This document shows positions 1 through 9,261 of a stretch of 64,000 nucleotides of DNA, in pieces (within the stretch, counting starts at the first letter, position 1; each line of letters begins with the position of its first letter). A program made the position numbers and the translations under genes. The stretch is from Obrimoposthia wandeli (taxonomy: Eukaryota). Below the pieces are notes generated by a model. That model ran no database searches, had not been told where the DNA came from, and saw only the letters and a list, made by a program, of their open reading frames with translations. Location: contig CDROCS010004705.1 in NCBI GenBank assembly GCA_977020255.1, forward strand, positions 1 to 64,000. The letters run 5' to 3'.

Positions 1-113
1 TATGGCAGATAAATCGAGCGGCCAATCAACATTCACAGTACCACTACAGATTAGATAAATTCGTAGCTTTTTTTAAACGTGGTGCATGTAACAAGGAGTT
101 AGAAAAAGAGTGA
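1..113 (+). CDS. 3' end of an unidentified CDS running in from the left edge
   Basis: Open frame from nt 3 (WQINRAANQHSQYHYRLDKFVAFFKRGACNKELEKE) to TGA 111-113, followed by a hairpin at 141-163. Confidence 0.4.
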   Translation, partial: WQINRAANQHSQYHYRLDKFVAFFKRGACNKELEKE

Positions 114-132
114 AGAGGAGAGATACTTAGCT

Positions 133-163
133 AAAAAAAGAGGCTACCCAAAAAGGGTAGCCT
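133..163 (-). terminator. Intrinsic terminator of sRNA copy 1
   Basis: Stem aggctaccc/gggtagcct (141-149/155-163); A7 at 133-139 on + is the U-tract on -. Confidence 0.85.
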
Positions 164-260
164 AAAATGACAAGAACCGTGTACCCCTATAAAACTTAAT
201 GTGAAGTAATATAAGAGTGGTGAAGATAACCCGATGATCAAATCGTGTTGTCTTGCGAGC
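133..260 (-). ncRNA. Putative Fur-repressed small RNA, copy 1 (RyhB/PrrF-like in layout)
   Basis: Promoter TTGCAA-17-TATCCT overlapped by a Fur box; ~128 nt body conserved in a second copy; ends in a hairpin plus U-tract. Confidence 0.75.
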
Positions 261-266
261 AAAGAA

Positions 267-296
267 AGGATAATGCAATTGAGAATGATTTGCAAT
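267..296 (-). promoter_or_regulatory. sigma70 promoter with overlapping Fur box
   Basis: Minus strand TTGCAA atcattctcaattgcat TATCCT; + strand TGAGAATGATTTGCA (280-294) resembles the Fur 7-1-7 repeat TGATAATnATTATCA. Confidence 0.75.
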
Positions 297-554
297 AGTA
301 TTTGCAATAAAAATATAAATAATGACTTTGAAATAGATCAGCAGTTCGCCACTCAACTTAGCGGGCGGTAATAAGACAAGAAAAACACTGGCGTCATAGC
401 TACATTTGCTGGTGCAAACGCACTAATTGCGTCGATTTATAGTGCCGTATTACTGGTATCTCAGTAGCGTAATGTCTCACACTTGCTTGAGGCTTAAATG
501 TAATGTGAGCTTTTTCAGCTACACTTGAAGGAGTGAGTTGTTGAGGTAATCAAA

Positions 555-737
555 ATGCGCTATCAAGAAATAGTTATAAAATTACTCAAATATTATGCAG
601 GTTATGCGTTTACACTCGCCTTCATGCTACAAAGTAGCTGGGTTTTAATACTCGCAGTAGCTGCGTTGTTAGGCGTTGTATCAATAAGAAAAATACCCAA
701 GAAATATTTTAAACCGCAGAAGAAACTAAAGTTTTAA
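555..737 (+). CDS. Small 60-aa membrane protein
   Basis: RBS GAGGT before ATG; hydrophobic core followed by a Lys-rich C-terminus. Confidence 0.6.
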   Translation: MRYQEIVIKLLKYYAGYAFTLAFMLQSSWVLILAVAALLGVVSIRKIPKKYFKPQKKLKF

Positions 738-822
738 ATAGTTAAATGCGTGTCGTAAACAAATAGAAGTTGTGTGCACAGAAGGTATTTCAGAGGGTGT
801 TTAAAGTAACAATCATTAGGTT

Positions 823-954
823 AAAAAAAGGGAGCTACCCAAAGTGGGTAGCCTAAAATGACAAGAACCGTGCATACTCACGTGCTACCTAAAGGTAAGT
901 AACACAAGAGCGGTGAAGATAACCCGATGATCAAAATCGTGTTGTCTTGCGAGC
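823..954 (-). ncRNA. Putative Fur-repressed small RNA, copy 2
   Basis: Paralog of 133-260; promoter TTGCAA-17-TACTAT; terminator stem gctaccc/gggtagc (834-840/846-852) plus U7. Confidence 0.75.
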
Positions 955-960
955 TAGGTA

Positions 961-990
961 ATAGTAATGCTATTGAGAATGATTTGCAAT
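961..990 (-). promoter_or_regulatory. sigma70 promoter with overlapping Fur box
   Basis: Minus strand TTGCAA atcattctcaatagcat TACTAT; same TGAGAATGATTTGCA motif at 974-988. Confidence 0.75.
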
Positions 991-1433
991 AGCGTTTTGT
1001 GTGTAAGTTGAATAAATAAGCTAAATAAATAGAGGGTTTTTTATTGTGGCTATTTGGGAGCGAAATAGAGTCTTGAGATAGAAAATCTGCATGTTAGCCT
1101 TTTAAAGAAGTTTAACCACAGAGGACACAGAGAAAAGATAAAGAAAGAATCTTAATGGTGGATTTTTTCGTTATGAGTAGGGCACAGGTTTGTAAAATTG
1201 GCTTGTTGTCGATATTTAGGCATGGTTGTCTGATAGTTCTAAGTTAATGTGGAAATCGATAAAATGAGGCCATTATTAATTTTAGAATAATCTCACAGGT
1301 AGCTACTATTCCTTAGAAGGTAATATCCGTGTTAGTTATAATTACTCTGGCACCATGTTTTTTTTTAGCCATTAAACAACATTCTCTGGTATAGCACTCG
1401 TCAGGGAATTACAGATACTCTTTTGTCATAGCA

Positions 1434-2311
1434 TCAGTAGACATTCCGTAAATAGATGCTTGAACTGTCCTTAAAGATATCATTCTCAACTATTGTAAGT
1501 GCGGTACCTGATGTAGTTAATAATCCAGGTTTAAGTACACCAGCATTGTTCTTATAAACAAGGCAGTAATCACTAGATGCATAAATCGAGTTAACTGTTA
1601 CATTTATGGTCACTGCTTTGCCTTTGTACTGGTTTTTTGAAATAAAATATTTTTGTGGATTAGGAGGATAGTCATTTTCATATTCATCCGATGTGCCGGC
1701 TACTTCACCTCCTAGACCTAAACTTTGAAGTTCAATGTTAGCTAATACCAATGTAGATGAATCATTTGGAATAGTTAAAGTAGAGCCATTATTAAATTTC
1801 CATCCATAATTGGCATCAGGGTTGTCTTTACAGCTAGGGGAATTTTGATTCCCCAACCATCTCTGAATACTGCAATTTTACTTATGGTTTTACCATTGTT
1901 ATCACAAATTGATTTATAACCAGTTGGCCTGAGATATGGACCTTCCCAATTAGGATCATCAGTCCAATTCCCAGTTGGAGTTAATGCTTCGCAATCAATT
2001 TCATTATCTTCTTCAGAAGGAATTGAACAATGTTTATTGCTCATCAAATTCTCAATAGAAGCAGGCAGTCTCCCTGTATCCGCTATAAAACCACTAATTG
2101 TTGGTTGTCCATTAAGTGATCTTGAACTATCACCAATAATTGCATAGCGTATTTGCTCCATGCGCTGTTTAGTCGTTTCAAAGCGTTGCTGGTTTGTTTC
2201 GTTGATTACAAAGTCACTGGCTAAACTGGTAACTAAGCCGAGTAGGCCGATAACGACGATTAGCTCAAGTAGCGTATAGCCGCTTTGTTTTTTTGCGTTA
2301 GATCCAATCAT
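1434..2311 (-). pseudogene. Minor pilin/pseudopilin (GspG-like), split by a 1-nt frameshift
   Basis: Prepilin motif QSG|YTLLELIVVI and WEGPY motif. ORFs 1775..2311 and 1434..1856 join as RDGWG-NQNS if one G is added to the G4 run at 1851-1854, giving ~292 aa. Confidence 0.75.
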
Positions 2312-2339
2312 TTGTTTATCCTCAATACTTCTACTGTCA

Positions 2340-3143
2340 TCACGTTTCTATAGAGCAATCAACCTGGGTGGGATCTGAATCATAATCGCCATTCTTACCT
2401 AAACTGATCAGTGCAATGCATCCATTGATACTGCTTTCTAAGCAATCAGGATATAGATCATTTTTGAAACTTGTTTCATAGCGATAAGCTTGTCCTGCAT
2501 AATCATTAGCGATATTGCTTCTAGTAGAGGCCGATTTATCCTTCTTGGTTTTTACAATAGCGAAACATGAGGAAGTAGAGGTAAAAGTTAATGCTTGTTT
2601 AAAAGGATCTTGAATTGCTGAATATGAATTATCAGCATTTAAATTCCCTAAGGCTTCTAGCTCGCAATTACTTTGAGGATCAGAGCCTTTAAAATGCATT
2701 CTTTGTTGTGTGTTTCTAGTCATATAAGGGCCGAACCAGCCGATAGCTGAATCGATGTTTTGTGGAGATACTGGTGTGTCACAATCGCTGGCCTTACATT
2801 GGAGCGGCTGTGTATAAAATCAAAAATTCTGATCTTCCGATACAGTAATTGGATATTGATATGCATATTTACCATCTGGCGCAGCAAATATTCCAGTCTT
2901 TGGAAAATACCCCGTATCACTTTTAAACTTATAAATAGCATCGGCAATATTACTCATTTCAACATGCACCAGCTCTTCACGAGCTTTTTCGTTATAGCCG
3001 CCTACTGCTGAAGTGGCGATGCCGGCTATTGCCGCTAGAATGGAAACGACGACGAGTAACTCTAACAGCGTGAAGCCTTGCTGTGATGCTTTTAGCTTAA
3101 CGGTTGCTTTTTTATGAGTGTCTAAATTATGTATTAATTTCAT
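2340..3143 (-). pseudogene. Minor pilin/pseudopilin (GspG-like) with an in-frame TGA
   Basis: QQG|FTLLELLVVV motif and RBS GAGG. The frame continues past TGA (2820-2822) as FYTQPLQC...GWFGPY into ORF 2340..2723. Confidence 0.8.
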
Positions 3144-4482
3144 GCTCAACCTCTTTCTCTGCAGTGCTCTGGTTATCGTCAAGTTGCGCTTGTAATACGC
3201 GAGGTTCTCTGACTTTGAAGCCTTCTAATAGCCCCAGCACGCGCTCAACTTCATCGATATCGGTAATGCCTTGTTTTACTTTATTTAAAGCACTGCGGCG
3301 TAAATCTTGAATGTTTTGGCTTTGTGCATAAGTTTCTATTTGTGAATCACTAGCACCTTGTGCAATCAACTCTGCCAAGTCTTTGGTGATAGGTAGCACT
3401 TGATAGATACCGATACGCCCTTTATAACCTGATTCATTGTTTTGAATGCGCGCCCTAAACAAGGTTAGATCAGGGATCTCTTGCTCAGTGAAACCTAATG
3501 CCAGCAAACGATCAGTCGGCACTACAATTTCTTCAGCGTTTTCAGGGTCAAGTTTGCGTAATAAACGCTGACTTATCACTAAGCTAACCGTAGAGGCAAT
3601 GTCATGTGGGGCAACACCTAAGTTGCGTAGGCGCATCACTGATTTTGCCGCCGTATTAGCGTGTAGTGTCGATAAAACTAAGTGGCCGGTGTGGGCGGCT
3701 TTGATAGCGGTATCGATGGTTTCGCTGTCGCGCATTTCGCCCAGCATAATGACATCAGGGTCTTGGCGTAAAATGGTTCTAGCAGATTCTGCAAAACTTA
3801 AACGCTCATCAATACTAATTTGGTTGATGCCATTAAGGTCTATCTCAACAGGATCTTCTACTGTGTAAATGCTGCGTGGTTGCTGGTTTATGTGTTTTAT
3901 TAAGGTATATAAAGTCACAGTCTTACCACTACCTGTAGGGCCTGTCACTAACACCATGCCTTGCAGTTGGCTAATAGCGTTGCGTATAGCGGGTAGCTGT
4001 TGTGTCTCAAAACCTAGTAGGTTTAAATCTAACAGTGTTTCGGGCAAATAAAGTAAGCGCAGCACAATAGTTTCACCGTGCAAGGTAGGAATAGTTGAGC
4101 ATCTAAAATCTAAACCTTGTTGCTCGCTTAACAATAATTTAAAGCGCCCGCCTTGTGAAATACGGTGTTCAGAAATATCTAAACCGGCAATGACTTTAAT
4201 ACGCGCTGCTATTTGCTGGCCAAAACCTCTGGGCATTTCAGCTGTTTCTCGCATCACACCATCCACACGCATACGAATGCGAAAGCGTTCGGCGAAAGGT
4301 TCAAAGTGTATATCTGATGCACCAAAATTTATCGCATCTAATAACGTGCGATTCAGATACAAAGGGACACTCATTTCTTGATGAATCGCTTGTGCATTGT
4401 CAGTGTTATCAATGGTGCTGGCGCTAACGGCGAAATTTAAATTAGCGGGGTCGAGCTTGAGATCTTGTATGGGTAAATTCAT
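3127..4482 (-). CDS. PilB/GspE-family ATPase, short form without tetracysteine motif
   Basis: Walker A GPTGSGKT, EDPVE Asp box, RQDPDVIMLGEMRD, His box TLHAN. Confidence 0.9.
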   Translation of the reverse strand: MNLPIQDLKLDPANLNFAVSASTIDNTDNAQAIHQEMSVPLYLNRTLLDAINFGASDIHFEPFAERFRIRMRVDGVMRETAEMPRGFGQQIAARIKVIAGLDISEHRISQGGRFKLLLSEQQGLDFRCSTIPTLHGETIVLRLLYLPETLLDLNLLGFETQQLPAIRNAISQLQGMVLVTGPTGSGKTVTLYTLIKHINQQPRSIYTVEDPVEIDLNGINQISIDERLSFAESARTILRQDPDVIMLGEMRDSETIDTAIKAAHTGHLVLSTLHANTAAKSVMRLRNLGVAPHDIASTVSLVISQRLLRKLDPENAEEIVVPTDRLLALGFTEQEIPDLTLFRARIQNNESGYKGRIGIYQVLPITKDLAELIAQGASDSQIETYAQSQNIQDLRRSALNKVKQGITDIDEVERVLGLLEGFKVREPRVLQAQLDDNQSTAEKEVEHEINT

Positions 4483-4521
4483 ATCTAATACCTGTTATAG
4501 CTAAAGGTGATAGTCCACAGA

Positions 4522-5751
4522 CTAACCAGCAGAGACTTTGATCATGGCAGTAAAGAAACCAATGTAGACAAATGCCACCATGCCGCCGACGATAATAGTC
4601 ATCGCGGGTTCTATCATTGATATCATCGCTTTAATACGGGATTCAGCGCTTTGCTGGTAATACTTACCAAGCTCTAACATCACGTGCTCTAGCTCACCGC
4701 TGCGCTCACCAATGCCTGTCATGTGCTGTACCATCAAAGGAATATGAGATTGTTGTAAACCGTAAGCTAAGCTGCGCCCAGCAAGAATTTCACTGCCAGC
4801 TTTATCAAAACAAGCAGCTAAGCGCAGGTTGCCCGTGATGCTGTGCATAACTCGAAGCGCCTCGATTACCGTAAGGCCTGAGCCTAATAGCATTGACATA
4901 GTCCAACCCATTTGAGCCATACCTGAAGTGCGAATGCTAGAGCCTATCAAGGGTGTGTTTAGCAGTATTTTATCAATCACTTTTTTACCGGGCAAAGTGG
5001 TGTAAGCGGCTAATGCGCCAAAGACAACCACCCCAATAGTGATACCTAAAATAGCACCGTAGTTAACTAACCAAGCTGATACATCTAACATGGCTTGGGT
5101 AATAGGCGGCAAGTCAACCGCTTTGCTTTCAAGCATTTTGGCAAACTTTGGCACAATGCCTAAAGATAAACCTAAAAATACTGCAACAGCGGCTGAAAAT
5201 AAGATACCTGGGTAGGTAAGGCTTGAAATGAATTGGCTTTTCACTTGAGCGCTACGCTCTAAGTTATCGGCCAGACGCTCTAGCGTGGTTTGTAGTTCAC
5301 CCGATACTTCGGCGGCGGCAATTAATTTAGCAGCAATTGGTGGAAACATGCCTTTTTGCTGCTCAATAGCGACTGAGAAACTCGCGCCACTTTGGATGCT
5401 CACTAAGCATTTAACCAAGCTGCGTCTAAGTAAGTTGTTCTCGGTCATTTCACCGCAAATTTCTAAACCCTGTGTTAAGGTATTGCCTGAGCGAATCATT
5501 AACGCTAACTGCCTAAACATCATCACTTTTTGAGCTGATTTAGGTGACCGATATTGGCCAGGGCTTAGCTTGCCAAGTAGGTTAAACATCAACTTAAAGG
5601 GATTAAAACCACTGGCAGCAGCTTTGATATTTAAGATGTGCAAAGACTTACTGCGCAACTGAGCGCTCGCTTCATTTACGCTGGTCGCACTAATACGACC
5701 TTGGGTTTCTTTACCTTGTTGATCTAAGGCTTTGTATTTAAAAACGGCCAT
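4522..5751 (-). CDS. pilC: PilC/GspF-family inner-membrane platform protein
   Basis: MAVFKYKALDQQG start, FRQLALMIRSG, GERSGEL and IEP motifs; duplicated T2SSF architecture. Confidence 0.9.
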   Translation of the reverse strand: MAVFKYKALDQQGKETQGRISATSVNEASAQLRSKSLHILNIKAAASGFNPFKLMFNLLGKLSPGQYRSPKSAQKVMMFRQLALMIRSGNTLTQGLEICGEMTENNLLRRSLVKCLVSIQSGASFSVAIEQQKGMFPPIAAKLIAAAEVSGELQTTLERLADNLERSAQVKSQFISSLTYPGILFSAAVAVFLGLSLGIVPKFAKMLESKAVDLPPITQAMLDVSAWLVNYGAILGITIGVVVFGALAAYTTLPGKKVIDKILLNTPLIGSSIRTSGMAQMGWTMSMLLGSGLTVIEALRVMHSITGNLRLAACFDKAGSEILAGRSLAYGLQQSHIPLMVQHMTGIGERSGELEHVMLELGKYYQQSAESRIKAMISMIEPAMTIIVGGMVAFVYIGFFTAMIKVSAG

Positions 5752-5877
5752 AGGCTAGATGCTCTCTTACTATAAAATTAAGCTGCATCATGGTAAGAAA
5801 AACTTGCCATCAATAGCAGCACCAAATGTGCTAGTACTAGTAAAAAATCTGGCTGGCGGTAGGCTGGCTGGCAGGAT

Positions 5878-7476
5878 TTAGGCGTGATATAAAAGCTCTG
5901 CTTCATGCAAAGTGGTCACGCCTTCAAGTACCTTGTTGCGGGCATCCTGCCATAATGTATTTAATAACTCGTCCTTCAGTGCTTGTTGTTTTAATTGCTC
6001 ATCACTGGCATTTTGATGAATAAGTTGTTCTAAATTTTTATTCATCCACAATGTTTCGTAAATACCAACACGTCCACTATAACCACTGCCCAAACACAGT
6101 GAACAGCCGGCTCCTTTGTACAAGGTGAGCGGTGCTTTTACGGCCAATAACGCAATCTCTTGATCACTGGCGGCATAAGGTTGTTGGCAGTGTTTACAGT
6201 TGCGTCTTAACAAACGTTGCGCCACAACACCCACTAAGGTGCTGGCTATTAAGTAGCTCGCGCAGCCGATATCAATTAAGCGGTTAATCGCTGATACCGC
6301 ATTGTTAGTGTGCAAAGTAGACATCACCATATGGCCAGTCATCGCGGCGCGCACCGCTGTTTCAGCGGTTTCTTTATCACGAATTTCACCCACTAACATG
6401 ACATCAGGGTCATGGCGTAAAAACGAGCGAAGCGCGCTTGAGAAGCTCAGTTTTTCAGTGACTTGTATTTGAGAAATACCTTCAATAACTTGCTCAATAG
6501 GGTCTTCAACGGTCATGATATTCATCTTTTGCGCATCTAATTCACGTAGTGATGCATACAAAGTGGTACTTTTTCCGCTACCTGTAGGTCCTGTCACTAG
6601 CACCATGCCATAAGGTTTTTTAATGCCTTGTTGCATGGGTAACAAAAGATGTTGAGGCATACCCAGTTGCGCTAAACGCATGTCCGCTGTGCTTTGCCCT
6701 AAAATACGCAAAGTGGCGCGCTCACCAAAGCGGGTAGGGATAACGGCTACACGCATTTCAATGTCACCGATATCAGCCCAGTTATTGATACGATAAGCAA
6801 AGCCGCCATCTTGCGCAGTATTTTGCTCAGAAATATCCATCCCAGAAAGCACTTTAATACGGCTCATTAACGCGTTGGCTAACTCTTTATCAATAGGGCG
6901 TTCATAATGTTGCAAGCGCCCATCAACACGCACTCTTAATTGCATGCTGTGCTCTAGTGCTTCAAAGTGTAAATCAGTGGCTTGGCGTAAATACGCTTCT
7001 TTCATAATGTCATCAAAGATACTAATGGCATTAAAATCGTTGGCGTATATGCCAAAGTGCTGGCGCAAAATAGATTCAATCATCATAGGGTCAGCTATTG
7101 CTAAGCTAGCTCTTTCATTAAGGCTGCGTTGCACTGTCTCTAAAACCACCTTATCTAAGGGGTCAGCGCTGAGCACTACCAGTTTTTCATCAATACGAAT
7201 CGGTAAAAATAAGCGGCGTAATATCACTTGGCTGTTGAACGGATTAAGCAGTTTGGCTGAAATTTGAAAGTCATCGCGGCTGTAAAAAGGCAGTTGGTGG
7301 CTACTGGCTAAAGCACGGTAAATAGCGCTCATCGGAAAACGCCCTTCGCGACAAATAAGCTCTAAGCTTGATGCATTTTGCTGACGCGCTTTAGTTTTTA
7401 GCGTTGCAACTTTATCAGCAGCCACTAAACCTGCTTGCACAGCAGCATTAATTAATAGTGTTTCTGATACAGCCAT
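5878..7476 (-). CDS. pilB: PilB/GspE-family extension ATPase
   Basis: Walker A GPTGSGKST, RHDPDVMLVGEIRD, TLHTN, zinc motif CKHC...CSLC; N-terminal domain present. Confidence 0.9.
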   Translation of the reverse strand: MAVSETLLINAAVQAGLVAADKVATLKTKARQQNASSLELICREGRFPMSAIYRALASSHQLPFYSRDDFQISAKLLNPFNSQVILRRLFLPIRIDEKLVVLSADPLDKVVLETVQRSLNERASLAIADPMMIESILRQHFGIYANDFNAISIFDDIMKEAYLRQATDLHFEALEHSMQLRVRVDGRLQHYERPIDKELANALMSRIKVLSGMDISEQNTAQDGGFAYRINNWADIGDIEMRVAVIPTRFGERATLRILGQSTADMRLAQLGMPQHLLLPMQQGIKKPYGMVLVTGPTGSGKSTTLYASLRELDAQKMNIMTVEDPIEQVIEGISQIQVTEKLSFSSALRSFLRHDPDVMLVGEIRDKETAETAVRAAMTGHMVMSTLHTNNAVSAINRLIDIGCASYLIASTLVGVVAQRLLRRNCKHCQQPYAASDQEIALLAVKAPLTLYKGAGCSLCLGSGYSGRVGIYETLWMNKNLEQLIHQNASDEQLKQQALKDELLNTLWQDARNKVLEGVTTLHEAELLYHA

Positions 7477-8552
7477 TAGCTAAATCCGCGCTGTAATAAT
7501 TTGTTAAAGCTTTCAGGGTCTTTACATAAACGTTGCGCCGCTTCAATTGTAATTGCTTTGGCAATGGCTAAACGCGCCAGTGCTTGGTCTAACGTTTGCA
7601 TGCCTTGGCGGCTGCTGCTTTCCATCACTGAGTAAATTTGTTTAGATTTTGATGATTCAATTAAATTGGAAACCGCATTGGTCACCATTAAAATCTCAGC
7701 CACTACTTCACGACCATTACCCCGTGCAGAGGGAATAAGGTTTTGTGCAATCACCGCTTTTAGTGCATGGGCAATTCGCTGGCGTGCCACGCTTTGCTCG
7801 TTACCTGGAAAACTACCAATTAAACGTTCCACCACCCCTACTGCGTCATTAGTATGTAAGGTTGAGAACACTAAATGGCCAGTTTCAGCGGCGGTTATAG
7901 CGGTGCGCATGGTATCTAAATCGCGCATTTCACCAATCATAATCACATCAGGGTCTTCACGTAGTGCCGCTTTTACGGCGCTGGGGAAATCAAGCACATC
8001 AGTGTAGAGCTCTCGCTGGTGAACAATAGAGTTGATATTGCTATGCACAAACTCAATTGGGTCTTCTACGGTTAAAATGTGTTTTTCTTGGTTTTCATTA
8101 ATGTCATTTATAATGGCGGTCAAGGTGGTGCTTTTGCCAGAACCTGTGGCGCCGCAGACTAACACTAAGCCGCTTTTAAGGCTGGTTAAATAACTGATTT
8201 GTGGTGGTAACCCTAGCTCTTTAGTGGTTTTTAAACCGCCATCAAGGTAGCGAATAGCCAGTGCAATAGTCCCCATTTGACGATAAATATTAATGCGAAA
8301 ACGAAAACCTTGCGCTGATGAAAACCCCATATCTAAGGTCATATTTTTCTTGAAATACTCGAGATGGTGGGCATTCATTAAGCTGTAGGCCATCGCTTCA
8401 ATGTCATCAGCCGTTAATGGCGTTACATCGATGCGGGTTATTTTGCCATGAATACGATAAGTAGGCGCTAAAGCGTGTGATATATGTAAATCGGACGCTT
8501 CAAGAGAGACGCAATCGTCCATTAGCTGTCGAATATATTGATTGTTATCCAA
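7476..8552 (-). CDS. pilT: PilT/PilU-family retraction ATPase
   Basis: GATGSGKST, LREDPDVIMIGEMRD, AAETGHLVFSTLHT, GMQTLDQAL. Confidence 0.9.
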   Translation of the reverse strand: MDNNQYIRQLMDDCVSLEASDLHISHALAPTYRIHGKITRIDVTPLTADDIEAMAYSLMNAHHLEYFKKNMTLDMGFSSAQGFRFRINIYRQMGTIALAIRYLDGGLKTTKELGLPPQISYLTSLKSGLVLVCGATGSGKSTTLTAIINDINENQEKHILTVEDPIEFVHSNINSIVHQRELYTDVLDFPSAVKAALREDPDVIMIGEMRDLDTMRTAITAAETGHLVFSTLHTNDAVGVVERLIGSFPGNEQSVARQRIAHALKAVIAQNLIPSARGNGREVVAEILMVTNAVSNLIESSKSKQIYSVMESSSRQGMQTLDQALARLAIAKAITIEAAQRLCKDPESFNKLLQRGFS

Positions 8553-8616
8553 AGTGTTTAGCCTTAAGTGATCGTTGCACGCTACTTGTTATGGGAAAGT
8601 TACTATGTAAAAAGTG

Positions 8617-9261
8617 TTACATTTGCAAATCAAAGGTGATTGCCAATAAGCCGTTATTAGATGCTGCAGTTGCATCATCTTGAATTATGGGTGTAATACT
8701 TAAATTGCGCACAATGCTGTAATAAGGCAATTTAGAAAACTGCTCAGTGAAATTAACAAAGGCAGGGTAAGAGCCTTGGCCGCTCACCCGAAAGATGGGC
8801 CTTTTCTCTAGAAATGCGCGCAACTGTTGGCCATTAAGCGATTTAGGTAGTGGCCTTATTTGCGCATTATCAGTGGTTAAATTGGTAATAATAATGCCTT
8901 GCTCGGCTGCCATACGTGAGAGCTCTAACTTTACTTTTTCTTGTGGTGTAGGTACATCTAATGGCAGCAGCTTAGCGCTATAATTTATTAATTTTCGCTC
9001 TAATATATGCAGCGCTTTCTGCTGGCTATCTAAGCTTTTTTGAGTAACGATGCCATCAATTTCGGGTGTTTTGAAAGTACCTAGGCGTGTCTCTATGCGA
9101 TTAGCTTTACGATTAGCCATTTTTTGCGCTTGAAACATTTCTTCCCACAGTAGTGATGCCAGTAATCCATAGCTGCCAACAATAGTGAATATAATAATAA
9201 ACAACAGTTGCCTGCGCTCTTTTGCTTGCATTGCATAAAAGCGATTTTTTAAGCTAATCAT
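8617..9261 (-). CDS. PilO/GspM-like alignment protein
   Basis: Single N-terminal TM after ERRQLL, coiled coil, ferredoxin-like C-terminus (GSYPAFVNF); follows pilMN. Confidence 0.6.
   Translation of the reverse strand: MISLKNRFYAMQAKERRQLLFIIIFTIVGSYGLLASLLWEEMFQAQKMANRKANRIETRLGTFKTPEIDGIVTQKSLDSQQKALHILERKLINYSAKLLPLDVPTPQEKVKLELSRMAAEQGIIITNLTTDNAQIRPLPKSLNGQQLRAFLEKRPIFRVSGQGSYPAFVNFTEQFSKLPYYSIVRNLSITPIIQDDATAASNNGLLAITFDLQM

Noticed and set aside
162-356. 64-aa ORF on the minus strand
   Set aside because: It overlaps the sRNA and its promoter, and the frame is not preserved in the paralogous copy.
387-467. Hydrophobic open stretch TGVIATFAGANALIASIYSAVLLVSQ
   Set aside because: No start codon after the in-frame stop at 372-374; at most a remnant.
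1113-1132. AACCACAGAGGACACAGAG motif reminiscent of dispersed repeats
   Set aside because: Single short occurrence with no structure to support a call.
2820-2822. Selenocysteine recoding of the in-frame TGA
   Set aside because: Not a redox-motif context, no evident SECIS hairpin right after it, and Trp fits the context better.
5855-5866. RfaH ops element GGCGGTAGGCTG
   Set aside because: It matches the consensus but lies on the + strand, while the operon is transcribed from the minus strand; ops must be on the non-template strand.
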